The notes under the pieces were generated by a model, which ran no database searches, was not told the origin of the DNA, and saw only the letters and a program-made list of their open reading frames with translations. Of a stretch of DNA of 64,000 nucleotides, positions 48,728 through 58,077 are shown piece by piece; position 1 is the stretch's first letter; every line of letters begins with the position of its first letter. The stretch comes from Longimicrobiales bacterium (GTDB taxonomy: Bacteria > Gemmatimonadota > Gemmatimonadetes > Longimicrobiales > Gaopeijiaceae), in assembly GCA_965248195.1 (NCBI GenBank), contig CBDFIQ010000002.1:2208001-2272000 (forward strand), written 5' to 3'. Position numbers and translations under genes: made by a program.

Positions 48728-49909
48728 TCACCTCAGCCCCTCTAGGGCCTGCCCGAAGTCCTCCTTGAGGTCCTCCACGTCTTCCAGGCCGACAGAAATC
48801 CGCACGAAGCCGTCCGGAATGCCCATGCCCGCCCGCATCGCCTCGGAAAAATGGATGTGGGAGGTGTGGCGTGGCTGCGAGACGAGCGTTTCGACACCCC
48901 CGAGGCTCGGCGCCATGAGAGCCAACTCCAAAGTGGCCGCAAAGGCATCGGCGGCGACGCCCCCGCCCTCGAGTTCGATGGAGAGCATTCCACCGAAACC
49001 CGACAGGATCTCCGACGCCACATCGTGGTCCGGATGCTCCCGTAATCCCGGATAGTGCACCTCGACCACACCCTCGCGACCGAGGAACCAGTGAGCCAGT
49101 TCCATGGCATTTTGGTTATGCTGGGCCACTCGCATCTGGAGGGTCTTGAGACCACGGTCCAACAACCACGCCATATGGGGATCGGGAGCGGGACCATACA
49201 GCTTCATCATGCTCCGGACCCGCTCGATGAGCTCACTCGATCCCGAGACGACACCCGCGACCAAATCCGAGTGTCCGCCTAGATATTTGGTGGCGCTGTG
49301 GATAACCGCACCCACTCCTAAGTCGGCGAAGCGGATGTTCACCGGGGACGCGAAGGTGGCGTCCACCGCCAGCAGAATGTCACGGTCTCGAGCGATCTCG
49401 ATGGGCGCCCGCGGGTCGAAAACCCGGAGTGTCGGGTTGGTAGGCACCTCCAGGAGGAGGACGCCGGTCTGGGGTGTCAAAGCCCGCTCCCAGTCCTCTT
49501 TGTTCTCGGGGTCGATCAGGGTGGTGGTGATGCCCCGTCTCGGCAGCTCGTCTTCCAGGAGCGTCCTCGTTGCCCCGTAGAGGTGCCGGGAAGAGACGAC
49601 GTGTCCCCCGTCGGGAAGGGCGGCGAGAATCGTCATCGTGATCGCCGACATACCGCTCGAAAGGAGCAACCCTGCCTCCGCGCCCTCGAGAGCGGCCATC
49701 TTCTCGCCTACGAGAGCCTGATTCGGATTGTTGCCGTACCGGGAATAGAGAAGCTGGGAAGCAGGCTCACCGGCCCCTCCGACAAACGTAGCGCTCTGAA
49801 CGACCGGCAGAACGACCGGGGCTCCAGGGACGGGCTCGGGCGAACCGGCATGAATTCCGATCGTGGCCGGACGGGGGCCCCCGCGTTCCCCACTCGCCTT
49901 CCCTTTCAT
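48728..49909 (-). CDS. Second Cys/Met metabolism PLP enzyme (cystathionine gamma-synthase / methionine gamma-lyase-like)
   Basis: YSRYGNNP, EVPTNP, HSATKYLGGHSD, SLGGVETL, RISVGLE. Confidence 0.9.
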   Translation of the reverse strand: MKGKASGERGGPRPATIGIHAGSPEPVPGAPVVLPVVQSATFVGGAGEPASQLLYSRYGNNPNQALVGEKMAALEGAEAGLLLSSGMSAITMTILAALPDGGHVVSSRHLYGATRTLLEDELPRRGITTTLIDPENKEDWERALTPQTGVLLLEVPTNPTLRVFDPRAPIEIARDRDILLAVDATFASPVNIRFADLGVGAVIHSATKYLGGHSDLVAGVVSGSSELIERVRSMMKLYGPAPDPHMAWLLDRGLKTLQMRVAQHNQNAMELAHWFLGREGVVEVHYPGLREHPDHDVASEILSGFGGMLSIELEGGGVAADAFAATLELALMAPSLGGVETLVSQPRHTSHIHFSEAMRAGMGIPDGFVRISVGLEDVEDLKEDFGQALEGLR

Positions 49910-49922
49910 GCGGATCCCTCCC

Positions 49923-50507
49923 TCACGAGGTCGCCCCCACCAAGGCACTGAGCGCGTGATAGATGCCGTCGCCGGGGGGCGCGAATACGACGCGACGGAG
50001 CACGAGTTCATCGAGAGCCTCTCGATGATGGGACCCCGGAAACACCTCGGCCACCTCCGCCGCGACGATCTTGCCGCGCCCCTCGAGGACCGTCCAAACG
50101 TACTCCTCCTCCTCCGTCCGCGTTCCCATGAGTGTACAGCACCCGTCACTGCCTTGCGCCACCGCAAGGAGCTCCTGCCGCTCCAACACGGTCTGGATCG
50201 GTTCCTGTAGGCTCTGGCGCACGCCCCGAAAGACGAAGAGGGCATCCACGGGCCGGTCTTCTTCGAGGAATCGCATCAGGAGCTTCGCCACGATCTCGTC
50301 TGCGCAAGAGAAATCCATGACGGTCACGTCCGAAAGGTCGATCAAGGAAAGAGCCGTTCGCGAACTCCCAGCGACCTCCTCTTCGATGGCGAGACGAACC
50401 GCGCGGCCTGTGGGCCGTGTCACCAGGTGAGAATAGAGAGATTCGACAGAGCTACGTAAGACGCGTCCCACGTCGATGGAGATAGGCTCGACCCCTGGCT
50501 CAATCAT
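49923..50507 (-). CDS. STAS-like domain + probable C-terminal winged helix
   Basis: IDLSDVTVMDFSCADE (STAS phospho-loop with Ser); tail VWTVLE.RGKI.AAEVA...ALDELVLRRVV...G.Y resembles a wHTH. Confidence 0.65.
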   Translation of the reverse strand: MIEPGVEPISIDVGRVLRSSVESLYSHLVTRPTGRAVRLAIEEEVAGSSRTALSLIDLSDVTVMDFSCADEIVAKLLMRFLEEDRPVDALFVFRGVRQSLQEPIQTVLERQELLAVAQGSDGCCTLMGTRTEEEEYVWTVLEGRGKIVAAEVAEVFPGSHHREALDELVLRRVVFAPPGDGIYHALSALVGATS

Positions 50508-51393
50508 GATCGTCGACCCGCTCCGGCAGGACGATGTTGATTTGTGTACCCGGAAAATCCGAAAGCCCCTCCTCCAGGGGTGGCGCATCGAACCACTTCG
50601 GGACGTCAGCGATGCGCACGGTCCCGCTACGTATAGAGATCAGGCCATCCCAACGACGAACCTGCTTCCGAATCTGTTGAATGCCCTGCCCCCGTCCCGA
50701 GTCCGGGAAGCGCGTAAGGCCATGAATGAACGCCGCTTCCAGCGCAGTCACATCCCCCCACCGATCGGCAAACCGTGCTGAGTGCTCGTCGGAAAGAGAC
50801 CCGCGGAATCCCCTTCCGAGATCGACAACCGAAATGATGACCACGTGCCGGCCCAGGCGCTTCGACCAGTTGTAGGACTGGGCGGCGACCCAACCCGGAG
50901 CCTCGGCATGTTCGAGAATGTTTTGGCAGACCTCACTCAGGATCACGCTGAACTGCACGACCGAGCTCTGCGGATGGCCTAGGGTATTGGAAAGGATCGC
51001 GCCCGCCCGTTTCTGAACGCGTTCCACCACATCATGGACGTCGCTGTTCGTCGTGATGGGCGTGATCTCCAGGAGGACGTCGGACTCCCCCGGCGAACGC
51101 CGGGGGAAGGGCGTCCCCGCCGCGAAAATGCCCTCGGCCGCCTGGAAGAAGCCCATGCGGCCCAAGTAGCTCTTGACGTCGCCCGCAGCGCCCAGTTCCA
51201 GAACTGCTGCCTCACCGCTTCGGTCCCGCCCGACGGAGCCGGCCGCAAGGAGGCCCACCATACCGTTGGGACCGACCCAGCGGAGGTGCCGTCCATCGAA
51301 AAGGACCTTCTCGCTCCCGGCCTCCACAACCTCGGCAAAAAGCGCATCGAGCGTCTGGAAGTCCAAGGATGCCGGGAGGTCGATGACCCTCAT
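50500..51393 (-). CDS. Degenerate STAS + GHKL ATPase (SpoIIAB/RsbW-type Ser kinase)
   Basis: N-box SEVCQNILEHA, G1 DLGRG, G2 GRGQG; no His-phosphoacceptor helix; the ATG overlaps the lepA stop. Confidence 0.75.
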   Translation of the reverse strand: MRVIDLPASLDFQTLDALFAEVVEAGSEKVLFDGRHLRWVGPNGMVGLLAAGSVGRDRSGEAAVLELGAAGDVKSYLGRMGFFQAAEGIFAAGTPFPRRSPGESDVLLEITPITTNSDVHDVVERVQKRAGAILSNTLGHPQSSVVQFSVILSEVCQNILEHAEAPGWVAAQSYNWSKRLGRHVVIISVVDLGRGFRGSLSDEHSARFADRWGDVTALEAAFIHGLTRFPDSGRGQGIQQIRKQVRRWDGLISIRSGTVRIADVPKWFDAPPLEEGLSDFPGTQINIVLPERVDDHD

Positions 51394-53195
51394 CAATCGT
51401 CGCCGAGCTTGAGCACGGCGAGAAACGCCTCCTGGGGAATCTCCACCGAGCCCACCTGCTTCATCCTCCTCTTTCCGGCTTTCTGCTTCTCGAGCAGCTT
51501 CCGTTTCCGCGTGATGTCGCCCCCGTAACACTTTGCAGTCACGTTCTTGCGGAGTGCCTTGACGTTGCTTCGTGCCACGATCTGCGTCCCGATCGCGGCC
51601 TGGAGCGCCACCTCGAACTGTTGGCGAGGAATGAGCTTCTTGAGGCGGCGGACCAAGTCGCGGCCATAATCCATCGCCTTGTCCTCGTGGATGATGACCG
51701 AAAACGCGTCTACGGGATCGCCATTCACCAGGATATCCAGCTTGACCAGGTCGCCTGGCCGAAACTCCAGAAACTCATAGTCCAGGGCGGCGTACCCACG
51801 CGTTCCGCCCTTTAACTTGTCGTAGAAGTCGAGTACGATTTCGGCTAGAGGCAACTCAAAATCGATCTCAACGCGTTTCGGGTCGAGATATTGCATTCCC
51901 CCGAAAACTCCCCGGCGGTCATGGCAAAGCTTCTGTACGGAGCCGATGTACTCCGCGGGACACACGATACGCGCCTTTACGATCGGCTCCGCGACATCCA
52001 CGATGCGGCCCCGTTCCGGAAGCATCGTGGGGTTCTCCAGAACGACCTGGGTTCCGTCGGTCAGGGTGACGTGGTACTCCACGTTAGGCACGGTGGTAAT
52101 GAGCTCCACGCCGAACTCCCGGTCCAGCCGCTCCTGGATGATTTCCATGTGCAGCAGTCCCAGGAATCCACAACGGAAGCCGAAGCCGAGAGCAACCGAG
52201 GTCTCCGGTACATAGTTCAGGCTCGCGTCGTTCAGCTTGAGGCGGTCGAGGGCGTCGCGCAGGTCTTCATAGTCGTCGGCGTCAGTAGGGTACAGTCCGG
52301 CGAAAACCATGGAGTGTACATCCTTGTAGCCCTTCAGGAGTTCCGAAGCCGGGTCGGCCGCATCTAAAATCGTATCGCCCACGCGCGTGTGCGAGACGTC
52401 CTTGATCGCGGCGATCACGTAGCCCACCTCACCCGGTCCGAGCTCGGGCTGCGGGACACGTCCCAGGCGCATGACGCCCACCTCGGTGACCTCATAACTC
52501 TGGTCGACCGCGCCGAAGGTGATCAACATGCCAGGCCTCAGCACACCGTCCACTACACGAACGTTGGGAACCGCCCCCTGATATTGATCGTACGACGAGT
52601 CGAAGATGAGCGCCCTGAGGGGCGCCTCCCGATCGCCGCTCGGGGGCGGTACGTCACGGATCACGGCCTGCAAGATCGGCTCGATCCCGATCCCTTCCTT
52701 AGCGCTCGCCAACAGGATGGTCTCCGGATCTGTTCCGAAGAGGTCCGCGAGTTCCTCCCGCCGTCGTTCAGGCTCCGCCCCCGGAAGATCGATCTTGTTG
52801 ATCACGGGGATGACCTCGAGGCCGGCGTCCAAGGCGAGGAAGAGGTTCGAGAGCGTTTGGGCTTGCACTCCCTGTGTGGCGTCCACAACAAGAATCGCGC
52901 CCTCACACGCCGCCAGTGAGCGGGACACCTCGTAGGTGAAGTCGACGTGCCCCGGGGTATCGATCAGGTTCAGAACATACGCTTCGCCGTTCTCGGCGTT
53001 GTACACCATTCGGACAGCGTGGAGCTTGATCGTGATTCCGCGCTCCCGCTCCAACTCATTGGAGTCCAGAACCTGGTCCCGCATGTCTCGCTGGTCCAGG
53101 GTCCGAGTGGCCTCGAGCAGTCGATCGGCAAGCGTCGACTTGCCGTGATCGATATGCGCGACGATACAGAAATTGCGTATGTGGCCAAGGTTCAC
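51393..53195 (-). CDS. lepA: Elongation factor 4 (LepA)
   Basis: [57 protein letters not shown]. Confidence 0.98.
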   Translation of the reverse strand: MNLGHIRNFCIVAHIDHGKSTLADRLLEATRTLDQRDMRDQVLDSNELERERGITIKLHAVRMVYNAENGEAYVLNLIDTPGHVDFTYEVSRSLAACEGAILVVDATQGVQAQTLSNLFLALDAGLEVIPVINKIDLPGAEPERRREELADLFGTDPETILLASAKEGIGIEPILQAVIRDVPPPSGDREAPLRALIFDSSYDQYQGAVPNVRVVDGVLRPGMLITFGAVDQSYEVTEVGVMRLGRVPQPELGPGEVGYVIAAIKDVSHTRVGDTILDAADPASELLKGYKDVHSMVFAGLYPTDADDYEDLRDALDRLKLNDASLNYVPETSVALGFGFRCGFLGLLHMEIIQERLDREFGVELITTVPNVEYHVTLTDGTQVVLENPTMLPERGRIVDVAEPIVKARIVCPAEYIGSVQKLCHDRRGVFGGMQYLDPKRVEIDFELPLAEIVLDFYDKLKGGTRGYAALDYEFLEFRPGDLVKLDILVNGDPVDAFSVIIHEDKAMDYGRDLVRRLKKLIPRQQFEVALQAAIGTQIVARSNVKALRKNVTAKCYGGDITRKRKLLEKQKAGKRRMKQVGSVEIPQEAFLAVLKLGDD

Positions 53196-53291
53196 GTAGG
53201 AGGCGATTCCGCTTCGAGGGTGGCGTCCGGTGGAACGCTACCAAGATAGTCCGGTGGAATCCGCCGCAGAAGGAGGGTTCAGCGAGTCCAG

Positions 53292-54674
53292 CTAACGGGG
53301 TCGACGTCTCGGAGGCGGTCTCGTGGCTCCTCTGTTTGCCCGGGGCGTCCCGGGGCGCTCTCGAGGCGCCGCACGGGCTGTGGACGACCCGTTGGACCGC
53401 TCCGGAGACCGACGGGTCGACGGGGCCGATCGCGACCCGCCGGATGGTTCGGCAGGTGGACGCGTCGACGGGGTTCGAGAGGGGGACCCGGCCCTGGGAT
53501 TGTCCGGTCTCCGCGTGGAGGGCCGATTCGCCTGGGGCCCCCGGAGTGGCTGCGTCGACTTCGACCTTGGCCTTTCGGATGGTGGCCGGGTGCCGCGGCT
53601 CGGAGCGGCCGACCGTCGCTCCAGGCTCGGACGCCTCGGTCCCCGGGCCTCGACCGGTGGCGCGGTCACCCGTCCGCCACCCGTGCCCACCTGAGGTGCG
53701 CCAGGCCGGCCCGATGCGTCGGGGCGACGGGTTGGGGTCGTACGTGGCACGACGGGTGGTGACGCCACCCGACCACTGCCCGCACGCCGACCGGTCCTCG
53801 GTCGGTTGGCCAGAGGAGGGGGATCGTCTCTCCGACCCTGCCGCACCACGGTGACCGGCGTACCCGGATCACCCGCAGCCCGCTCCTTGAGCTCGAAACG
53901 CGGGCGTACCGGGCTGCGAGGGCCCACCATCACGACACGGTTCGTCCGGTAACGGTAGGAGGGATAGAAATACGGGTCATCGTAGACGACCACCCTGAAA
54001 TTCACGCATGTGTACCGGTAGGGATTCCATGTGCTGTACGGGCGGAACCCGTGGCACTGATAGCACAAGAACCGGGGGAACTCGTGGGCGCTTCCCACGT
54101 TGTAGGAAATGAAATCCAGGCCGTAGTCCACCAATTCCCAATTAGGGACCAGGCGGGCGACGTAATCGTCCATGGCGACGTAGGGATCCGAGTGCACCGT
54201 ACTTCCTACGGCGGAAAGATCCCATCCACCGTCGTAATACGAGTACCTGAAATCCGAAAGATCGAACGGAGTCGGCGACGTCACGACGAAAAAATACCCG
54301 ACTCCCGGCCGGTCATCGACGTTCCAATAAGCAGAACGGGGGAAGAGCAACCGGTAATCCCGATCCGCCCTCGCATAATGATTTTCCGTGGGGGAGCGCG
54401 GGTACAGCATCCTCGTCGTACCGTCGGTGTCGATTTGAAGGATCGCGACATATGCATCGGCGTTGGTCCGGTAGTAGATGCGAACGCGGTCGCCCGCCTC
54501 CAGCACCGGATCGACTCCACGGTCCAGCCAGATCCGGGGCTCCTGGACCTGTTGCACCTGCACGTGGGAGGCGGACCGGTCCAAGCCATGCGCATCACCG
54601 GCTGGCTCCAGCGCACCGGAGCCCAGGCCCGGAGCAAGTACAGTCACTATGGTGACGGCCCCCACGATCCACAT
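53292..54674 (-). CDS. Exported DUF4384-domain protein with a CxxCH motif and a long Arg/Pro/Ser-rich disordered tail
   Basis: GDRVRIYYRTNADAYVAILQIDTDG..RMLYP; CYQCH; low-complexity C-terminus. Confidence 0.8.
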   Translation of the reverse strand: MWIVGAVTIVTVLAPGLGSGALEPAGDAHGLDRSASHVQVQQVQEPRIWLDRGVDPVLEAGDRVRIYYRTNADAYVAILQIDTDGTTRMLYPRSPTENHYARADRDYRLLFPRSAYWNVDDRPGVGYFFVVTSPTPFDLSDFRYSYYDGGWDLSAVGSTVHSDPYVAMDDYVARLVPNWELVDYGLDFISYNVGSAHEFPRFLCYQCHGFRPYSTWNPYRYTCVNFRVVVYDDPYFYPSYRYRTNRVVMVGPRSPVRPRFELKERAAGDPGTPVTVVRQGRRDDPPPLANRPRTGRRAGSGRVASPPVVPRTTPTRRPDASGRPGAPQVGTGGGRVTAPPVEARGPRRPSLERRSAAPSRGTRPPSERPRSKSTQPLRGPQANRPSTRRPDNPRAGSPSRTPSTRPPAEPSGGSRSAPSTRRSPERSNGSSTARAAPRERPGTPRANRGATRPPPRRRPR

Positions 54675-54729
54675 TTTTCCCCCCTCCTCGAACCAGAGCT
54701 CTTCTTCATTCGTATTCAATCCTGCTTCT

Positions 54730-54745
54730 AGCACGACGCGTGCCA
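54730..54745 (-). promoter_or_regulatory. Sigma54 (-24/-12) promoter of the DUF4384 gene
   Basis: Minus strand TGGCACGCGTCGTGCT (GG-N10-GC), about 55 nt upstream of the ATG. Confidence 0.65.
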
Positions 54746-54923
54746 CACCGAAAAGGTACGATCGGGGCTGGAAAACCAGTGATGTCACCAAATTCAGTCC
54801 AGCATTCGTCCGAAAAAGTGGACGGGACGGGCACGCCCAGGGACACGCGCCCCCAGCCCCATTGCCTTTCTCGGGTGGGGCAGTAGTCTCCTCAGGCCAA
54901 AAGTCCCTGCTCAGAGGTATTCC

Positions 54924-55826
54924 GTGCGCTCACGACCGGATCTGTTGGATCCCCAAACGCTCTCGCAGTTGGGCGGAGTCGAGTTGATCGCCCGCCAAGT
55001 CGTGGAGGGGTTCATCATGGGTCTCCACCGCTCCCCACACCGAGGATTCTCGGCTGAGTTCGCGGAACTTCGCGCCTATCAGCCGGGCGACGATCTGCGC
55101 CACATCGATTGGCGTATGTTCGGTCGATCCGATCGGTATTACGTGAAACAGTTCGAGGAAGAGACCAACCTGCGAGCCTACGTGTTGGTCGATGTCAGCA
55201 CATCGATGGGGTGGACATCCAGCCCGGGTGCGCTTCCGACTAAACTCTGGTATGCCAAGCACTTGGCCGCGTCGCTCTCGCTGATCCTCCTCCGTCAGGG
55301 GGACGCCGTGGGCATGGCGGCGTTCCACGAACAGGTCGTGGCGCGGGTGGCCCCGAAGGGAGGGCCGCGTTCCTGGCACGAACTCCTTCGCAGACTGGCG
55401 CCCCTCGAGGCCCAAGGGAAGACATCGGCTCACACCGCGCTCCGTGACATCGCCGTCCGGCTGCGTCGCCGGGGCCTCGTGGTCCTGTTGTCCGATCTCC
55501 TGGTGGACCCTGAAACCACGCGGATAGCACTTCGCTTCCTGAGGCATCAGGGACACGAAGTCCTCGTTTTCCACCTGATCGACCCGGGTGAGAGAGAGCT
55601 TCCTGCCGCGGGAGACACACGCCTCTTCGATCCCGAGACCGGGGATGAGCTCAACGTAAACATCGCCGACGTCCGCGTGGCGTACCGGGAAGCCGTGAAC
55701 GATGCCCTCGAGGAATGGGACCGGGGCCTGCGCCGCCACGGGATCGACTACGTTGTGGTCGGAACCGAGACCCCGCTGTCGAGGGCGCTGCGCTTTTACC
55801 TGCGAAAGCGGGAGCATCTTGGCTGA
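54924..55826 (+). CDS. DUF58-family (MoxR-associated vWA-like) protein
   Basis: G.HRSP.RG.S.EFAE.R.Y.PGDD.R.IDW, KQFEEETN, DVSTSM. Confidence 0.92.
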   Translation: MRSRPDLLDPQTLSQLGGVELIARQVVEGFIMGLHRSPHRGFSAEFAELRAYQPGDDLRHIDWRMFGRSDRYYVKQFEEETNLRAYVLVDVSTSMGWTSSPGALPTKLWYAKHLAASLSLILLRQGDAVGMAAFHEQVVARVAPKGGPRSWHELLRRLAPLEAQGKTSAHTALRDIAVRLRRRGLVVLLSDLLVDPETTRIALRFLRHQGHEVLVFHLIDPGERELPAAGDTRLFDPETGDELNVNIADVRVAYREAVNDALEEWDRGLRRHGIDYVVVGTETPLSRALRFYLRKREHLG

Positions 55827-57775
55827 TGGGATTCCTTTCGCCGATCTTTCTCTTGGCGGGGCTGGCGGTGGTGGTCCCACTGATCCTGCATCTCTTCCAT
55901 AGGCATGACGCGAAGAGGATGGTGTTCCCGGCTCTCCAGTACCTCCTCCGTACCGAAAAAGAGCACGCCCGCACCATCCGCTTTCGCCAACTCCTCCTTC
56001 TCCTTCTCCGTATTGCGACCGTTCTGCTCCTGGTCGGAGCTGGCGCTCGCCCGTTCCTACGCGGAGGCGGCGGGGTTCACGACCCGACAGCCACGATCCT
56101 GATCGTCGACAATTCAATGAGCTCCGGATTGATCAGAGGTGGTGCTCGGGTCTTGGACCTTCTGAAGGCCGTGGCGCTTCGAAGCATCGATCGTGCAAGC
56201 GATGAGGACCGTGTCTGGCTGATCCGCGCTGGAGAGCCTTGGGGGCCGGCCATCACGGGGTCCCGGGCCGACGTTAGCGCCGCTGTATCGGAGACCGAGG
56301 TTACGGACGCCCGGGGAGATCTTCGGAGCGCGCTGGAGCGGGCCGTGGCGCTGGCGACGGGGTCCGAGCTTGCCGCGGCCGAAATCCATCTGATTTCCGA
56401 CCTCCAGGCGTCCGCGTTCGAGGGAACCGGCTCACCGGTCGAAGGCGGGCCCATACCCTTCGTCGTGTTCGACGAAGGGTCCGGTGACAGAGAAAACGCC
56501 TACTTGGACAGCCTGATGATCGGTGGCGGCTTGCCTCCCCTGGCGAACCAGCGAACGAGGCTGTCCGTCCGTTTGGCAGGCGATGCGGACAGTGCGGACG
56601 TCCCTCTCCGTCTGGTCGTCGCCAATCGGATTCGCGGAGCGGCGGCAGGCGGGGTGGGCATCTCCGTGCTCCTCCCCATCGGACCCTTCGCGGCGGGCTA
56701 TGTGGACGGTTATGTCGAGACGGATCCCGATGATCTTCGCGGGGACGACCGGAGGTTTTTCGCGTTTCAGGTCCGCTCGGCCCCTACCCTCGCGATGTCC
56801 GGCTCAACTCCCTTTTTCCTGTCGGAGGCGATCCCGGTGTTGATCGACGCGGGGCGCGTGCGTCCGGCTCCGATTCGTGACGCGGACATCCTGATCAGCA
56901 TGGCCGGCGCCGGAATGACCGAAGCAGCGAGAGAGGGACGGGCGGTGGTTGTGTTGCCACCGAGCGACCCGGCGCTACTCCCCGGCCTCAACCGTGCGCT
57001 TTCCGCGGTGGGGATACCATGGCGGTATGAGTCCACAACCGCCGTAGGCGAGGCCAGCGTGACCCGCTGGGGAGGGCCCGTCAATCTGGACGAAGTGCGT
57101 ATCCGATCCCAATACACCCTGATACCGGACACAGAGGGGCTGAATCGAGGCGTGTTGGCGAGCCTTTCGTCCGGCGACCCCTGGCTCGTGGAGGGCACTA
57201 CCCCGAGAGGCTCCTACCTGCTCTTCGCCTCGGACCTGGACGAACGGTCCACCAACCTCCCGTTGACGGCGGCGTTGATGCCCCTCATGGAGTGGATGGT
57301 GTCACGGTGGGGTGATAGGGAGGGACCAGAGGGAGGGATGATCGCCGGCATGCCGCTCTCACCTCCCCCGGGGACGACGAGTATTCGAGACCCGGCGGGA
57401 ACGCTTCATCCGGTCGACGACACGCAACCCTTCGGGGCAACGCCCGCCGCGGGTCTGTACGAATTTCTGGCGGGCGACTCCACAATTCAGATGATCGCCG
57501 TGAACGCCCCGAGGGAGGAATCCATCCTGTTACCGATTGAGACCGGCGTGCTGAGAGATCTCCTGCCGGGGCCCTCAACGCTGGTCACGGACAGTGCACG
57601 GTGGGCGAGAGCCGTGTTCTCCGCCGGCCAAGGTCCGGAGATCTGGCGCTGGCTCCTGGTCGCTACGGCCCTGGTTCTCGTCGTGGAGAGCCTTGTCGCG
57701 GCCTCGGGCCCGTCGTCGGAAAGATCCCGTTCCGGGGCGCCCCCCGCGCTACAGGAAACCGGAGAGACCTGTTGA
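55826..57775 (+). CDS. BatA-domain / vWA membrane protein
   Basis: F..P..L.GL...VPLILHL, ARP, DNSMS MIDAS-like motif, ISDLQ; C-terminal TM helix. Confidence 0.85.
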   Translation: MGFLSPIFLLAGLAVVVPLILHLFHRHDAKRMVFPALQYLLRTEKEHARTIRFRQLLLLLLRIATVLLLVGAGARPFLRGGGGVHDPTATILIVDNSMSSGLIRGGARVLDLLKAVALRSIDRASDEDRVWLIRAGEPWGPAITGSRADVSAAVSETEVTDARGDLRSALERAVALATGSELAAAEIHLISDLQASAFEGTGSPVEGGPIPFVVFDEGSGDRENAYLDSLMIGGGLPPLANQRTRLSVRLAGDADSADVPLRLVVANRIRGAAAGGVGISVLLPIGPFAAGYVDGYVETDPDDLRGDDRRFFAFQVRSAPTLAMSGSTPFFLSEAIPVLIDAGRVRPAPIRDADILISMAGAGMTEAAREGRAVVVLPPSDPALLPGLNRALSAVGIPWRYESTTAVGEASVTRWGGPVNLDEVRIRSQYTLIPDTEGLNRGVLASLSSGDPWLVEGTTPRGSYLLFASDLDERSTNLPLTAALMPLMEWMVSRWGDREGPEGGMIAGMPLSPPPGTTSIRDPAGTLHPVDDTQPFGATPAAGLYEFLAGDSTIQMIAVNAPREESILLPIETGVLRDLLPGPSTLVTDSARWARAVFSAGQGPEIWRWLLVATALVLVVESLVAASGPSSERSRSGAPPALQETGETC

Positions 57776-58066
57776 AGGAGTACAGCGGGTCGCGCACAGG
57801 GCGCTTGTGCGCGTTCAGACAAGGAACAACGACGAGGCGTAGCAACGCTACGGTGAGGAGGAGAGACGCAGGATCAACCGCACAACCGCCCTGTGCCCAC
57901 GAACATGAAGGGCATGACCTTACAAGTTGAAGGGTTGCGGTGGCACGGCCCCATCTCCGTTGTTGGAGTTCTTAGCCATAGCTACGGCTATGGCGTCGTC
58001 GCTCCGCCTAGGAGCTAGGACCGTGGCATCCGCAACGCGGCCCACTGTACTCCTTCAACAGGCCTC
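57764..58066. mobile_element. MITE-like structured element, about 303 bp, with 31-bp imperfect terminal inverted repeats
   Basis: GAGACCTGTTGAAGGAGTACAGCGGGTCGCG at 57764-57794 versus the reverse complement of 58036-58066 (28/31 identical); two long internal hairpins; no transposase ORF. Confidence 0.75.
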
Positions 58067-58077
58067 ATTGGACTGAC

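Noticed and set aside
54930..56117. 395-aa minus-strand ORF
   Set aside because: Antisense to DUF58/BatA, with no recognisable domain.
57941..57956. Sigma54 promoter for mfd (TGGCAC)
   Set aside because: It lacks the -12 GC at the required spacing and lies within a stem of the MITE-like element.
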